From Trichoplax adhaerens (Eukaryota > Animalia > Placozoa): a stretch of 21,951 nt of DNA. Below the pieces are notes generated by a model. It ran no database searches, had not been told where the DNA came from, and saw nothing but the letters and a program-made list of their open reading frames with translations. Positions 21,585 to 21,951 of this stretch are shown here, piece by piece; position 1 is the first letter of the stretch; each line of letters begins with the position of its first letter. Where the stretch lies: the NCBI RefSeq assembly GCF_000150275.1, contig NW_002060964.1, positions 1,078,943 to 1,100,893 of the forward strand, read 5' to 3'. Made by a program: the position numbers and the translations under genes.

Positions 21585-21951
21585 CTAACATTGTGCAAAA
21601 GTATGGTAATAGCAATAAGCAATTCAATCAGCTCTTATTTAACGTTATAACGATAATTCTACAATTGCTTTGCAATTTTAAGAATATTATCAGCAATATC
21701 TTTTATCAATGAATAACAATAGATAAATAATTATACAGTATAGTAGTCAAGAGAAAATTACTCAATTAAGTATAACAAATTAGTGTGAAACGCTACTACC
21801 AGGTGTTACAGCTGGTAAATTTAAAGCATTAATGTACTTGAGATAGTTGCAATACGGCTTAGGCTACAGAGTAAAATTAGGAAAATTCTCTTCAATCGCG
21901 TTGAACGCATTCCTAAACTCAATTCAATCAAGAAGCGTAAATACAATCAAG
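21585..21951 (+). promoter_or_regulatory. Upstream block of a seventh paralog whose CDS lies beyond the window
   Basis: Colinear with the upstream regions of the other units: CAGGTG 21800-21805, CAGCTG 21809-21814, aaatttaaagcattaat, aaactcaattcaatcaagaa. The window ends at acaatcaag, which lies 98 nt before the ATG in unit 5. Confidence 0.8.

Larger units (their letters stand above)
1..21951 (+). repeat. Tandem array of ~3.1-4.7 kb GPCR gene-plus-spacer units (6 genes plus the upstream part of a 7th)
   Basis: ATG-to-ATG spacings are 3376, 3572, 3087, 3442 and 4657 nt. Both coding and non-coding blocks recur in the same order and orientation, e.g. ccagatgttacagctg..aaatttaaagcattaat, caatcaagaaacgttagattac, gaaaaaattaaagcatgct and atcaatcgattttctagcaag. 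Confidence 0.97.

Overview
AT-rich eukaryotic (animal-type) genomic DNA made almost entirely of a head-to-tail tandem array of ~3.1-4.7 kb units. Each unit carries one intronless, 319-codon (960 nt with stop) class A (rhodopsin-like) GPCR paralog on the + strand. ATGs are at 287, 3663, 7235, 10322, 13764 and 18421, and the upstream region of a seventh copy runs off the right edge. Copies 2 and 6 are intact. Copies 1, 3, 4 and 5 each carry exactly one frameshift (+14, +2, -1, +1 nt) and no nonsense codon in the corrected frame. The family has degenerate activation motifs (YRF/YRL for DRY, LTLP for CWxP, NPFxF for NPxxY) and varies most at ligand-pocket positions. The spacers are homologous between units and modular. 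They contain a variable-copy ~99-bp repeat behind the stop codon, a conserved imperfect palindrome next to AATAAA, a conserved E-box/TATA-like upstream block, local duplications, a 562-bp insertion flanked by AGGG, a 50-N gap and ~1 kb of non-unit DNA. The style resembles placozoan (Trichoplax-like) GPCR clusters, but that is inference only. I see no convincing wholly new molecular system. The best reading is a lineage-specific orphan, possibly chemosensory, GPCR array in active birth-and-death evolution. All alignments and counts were done by eye.
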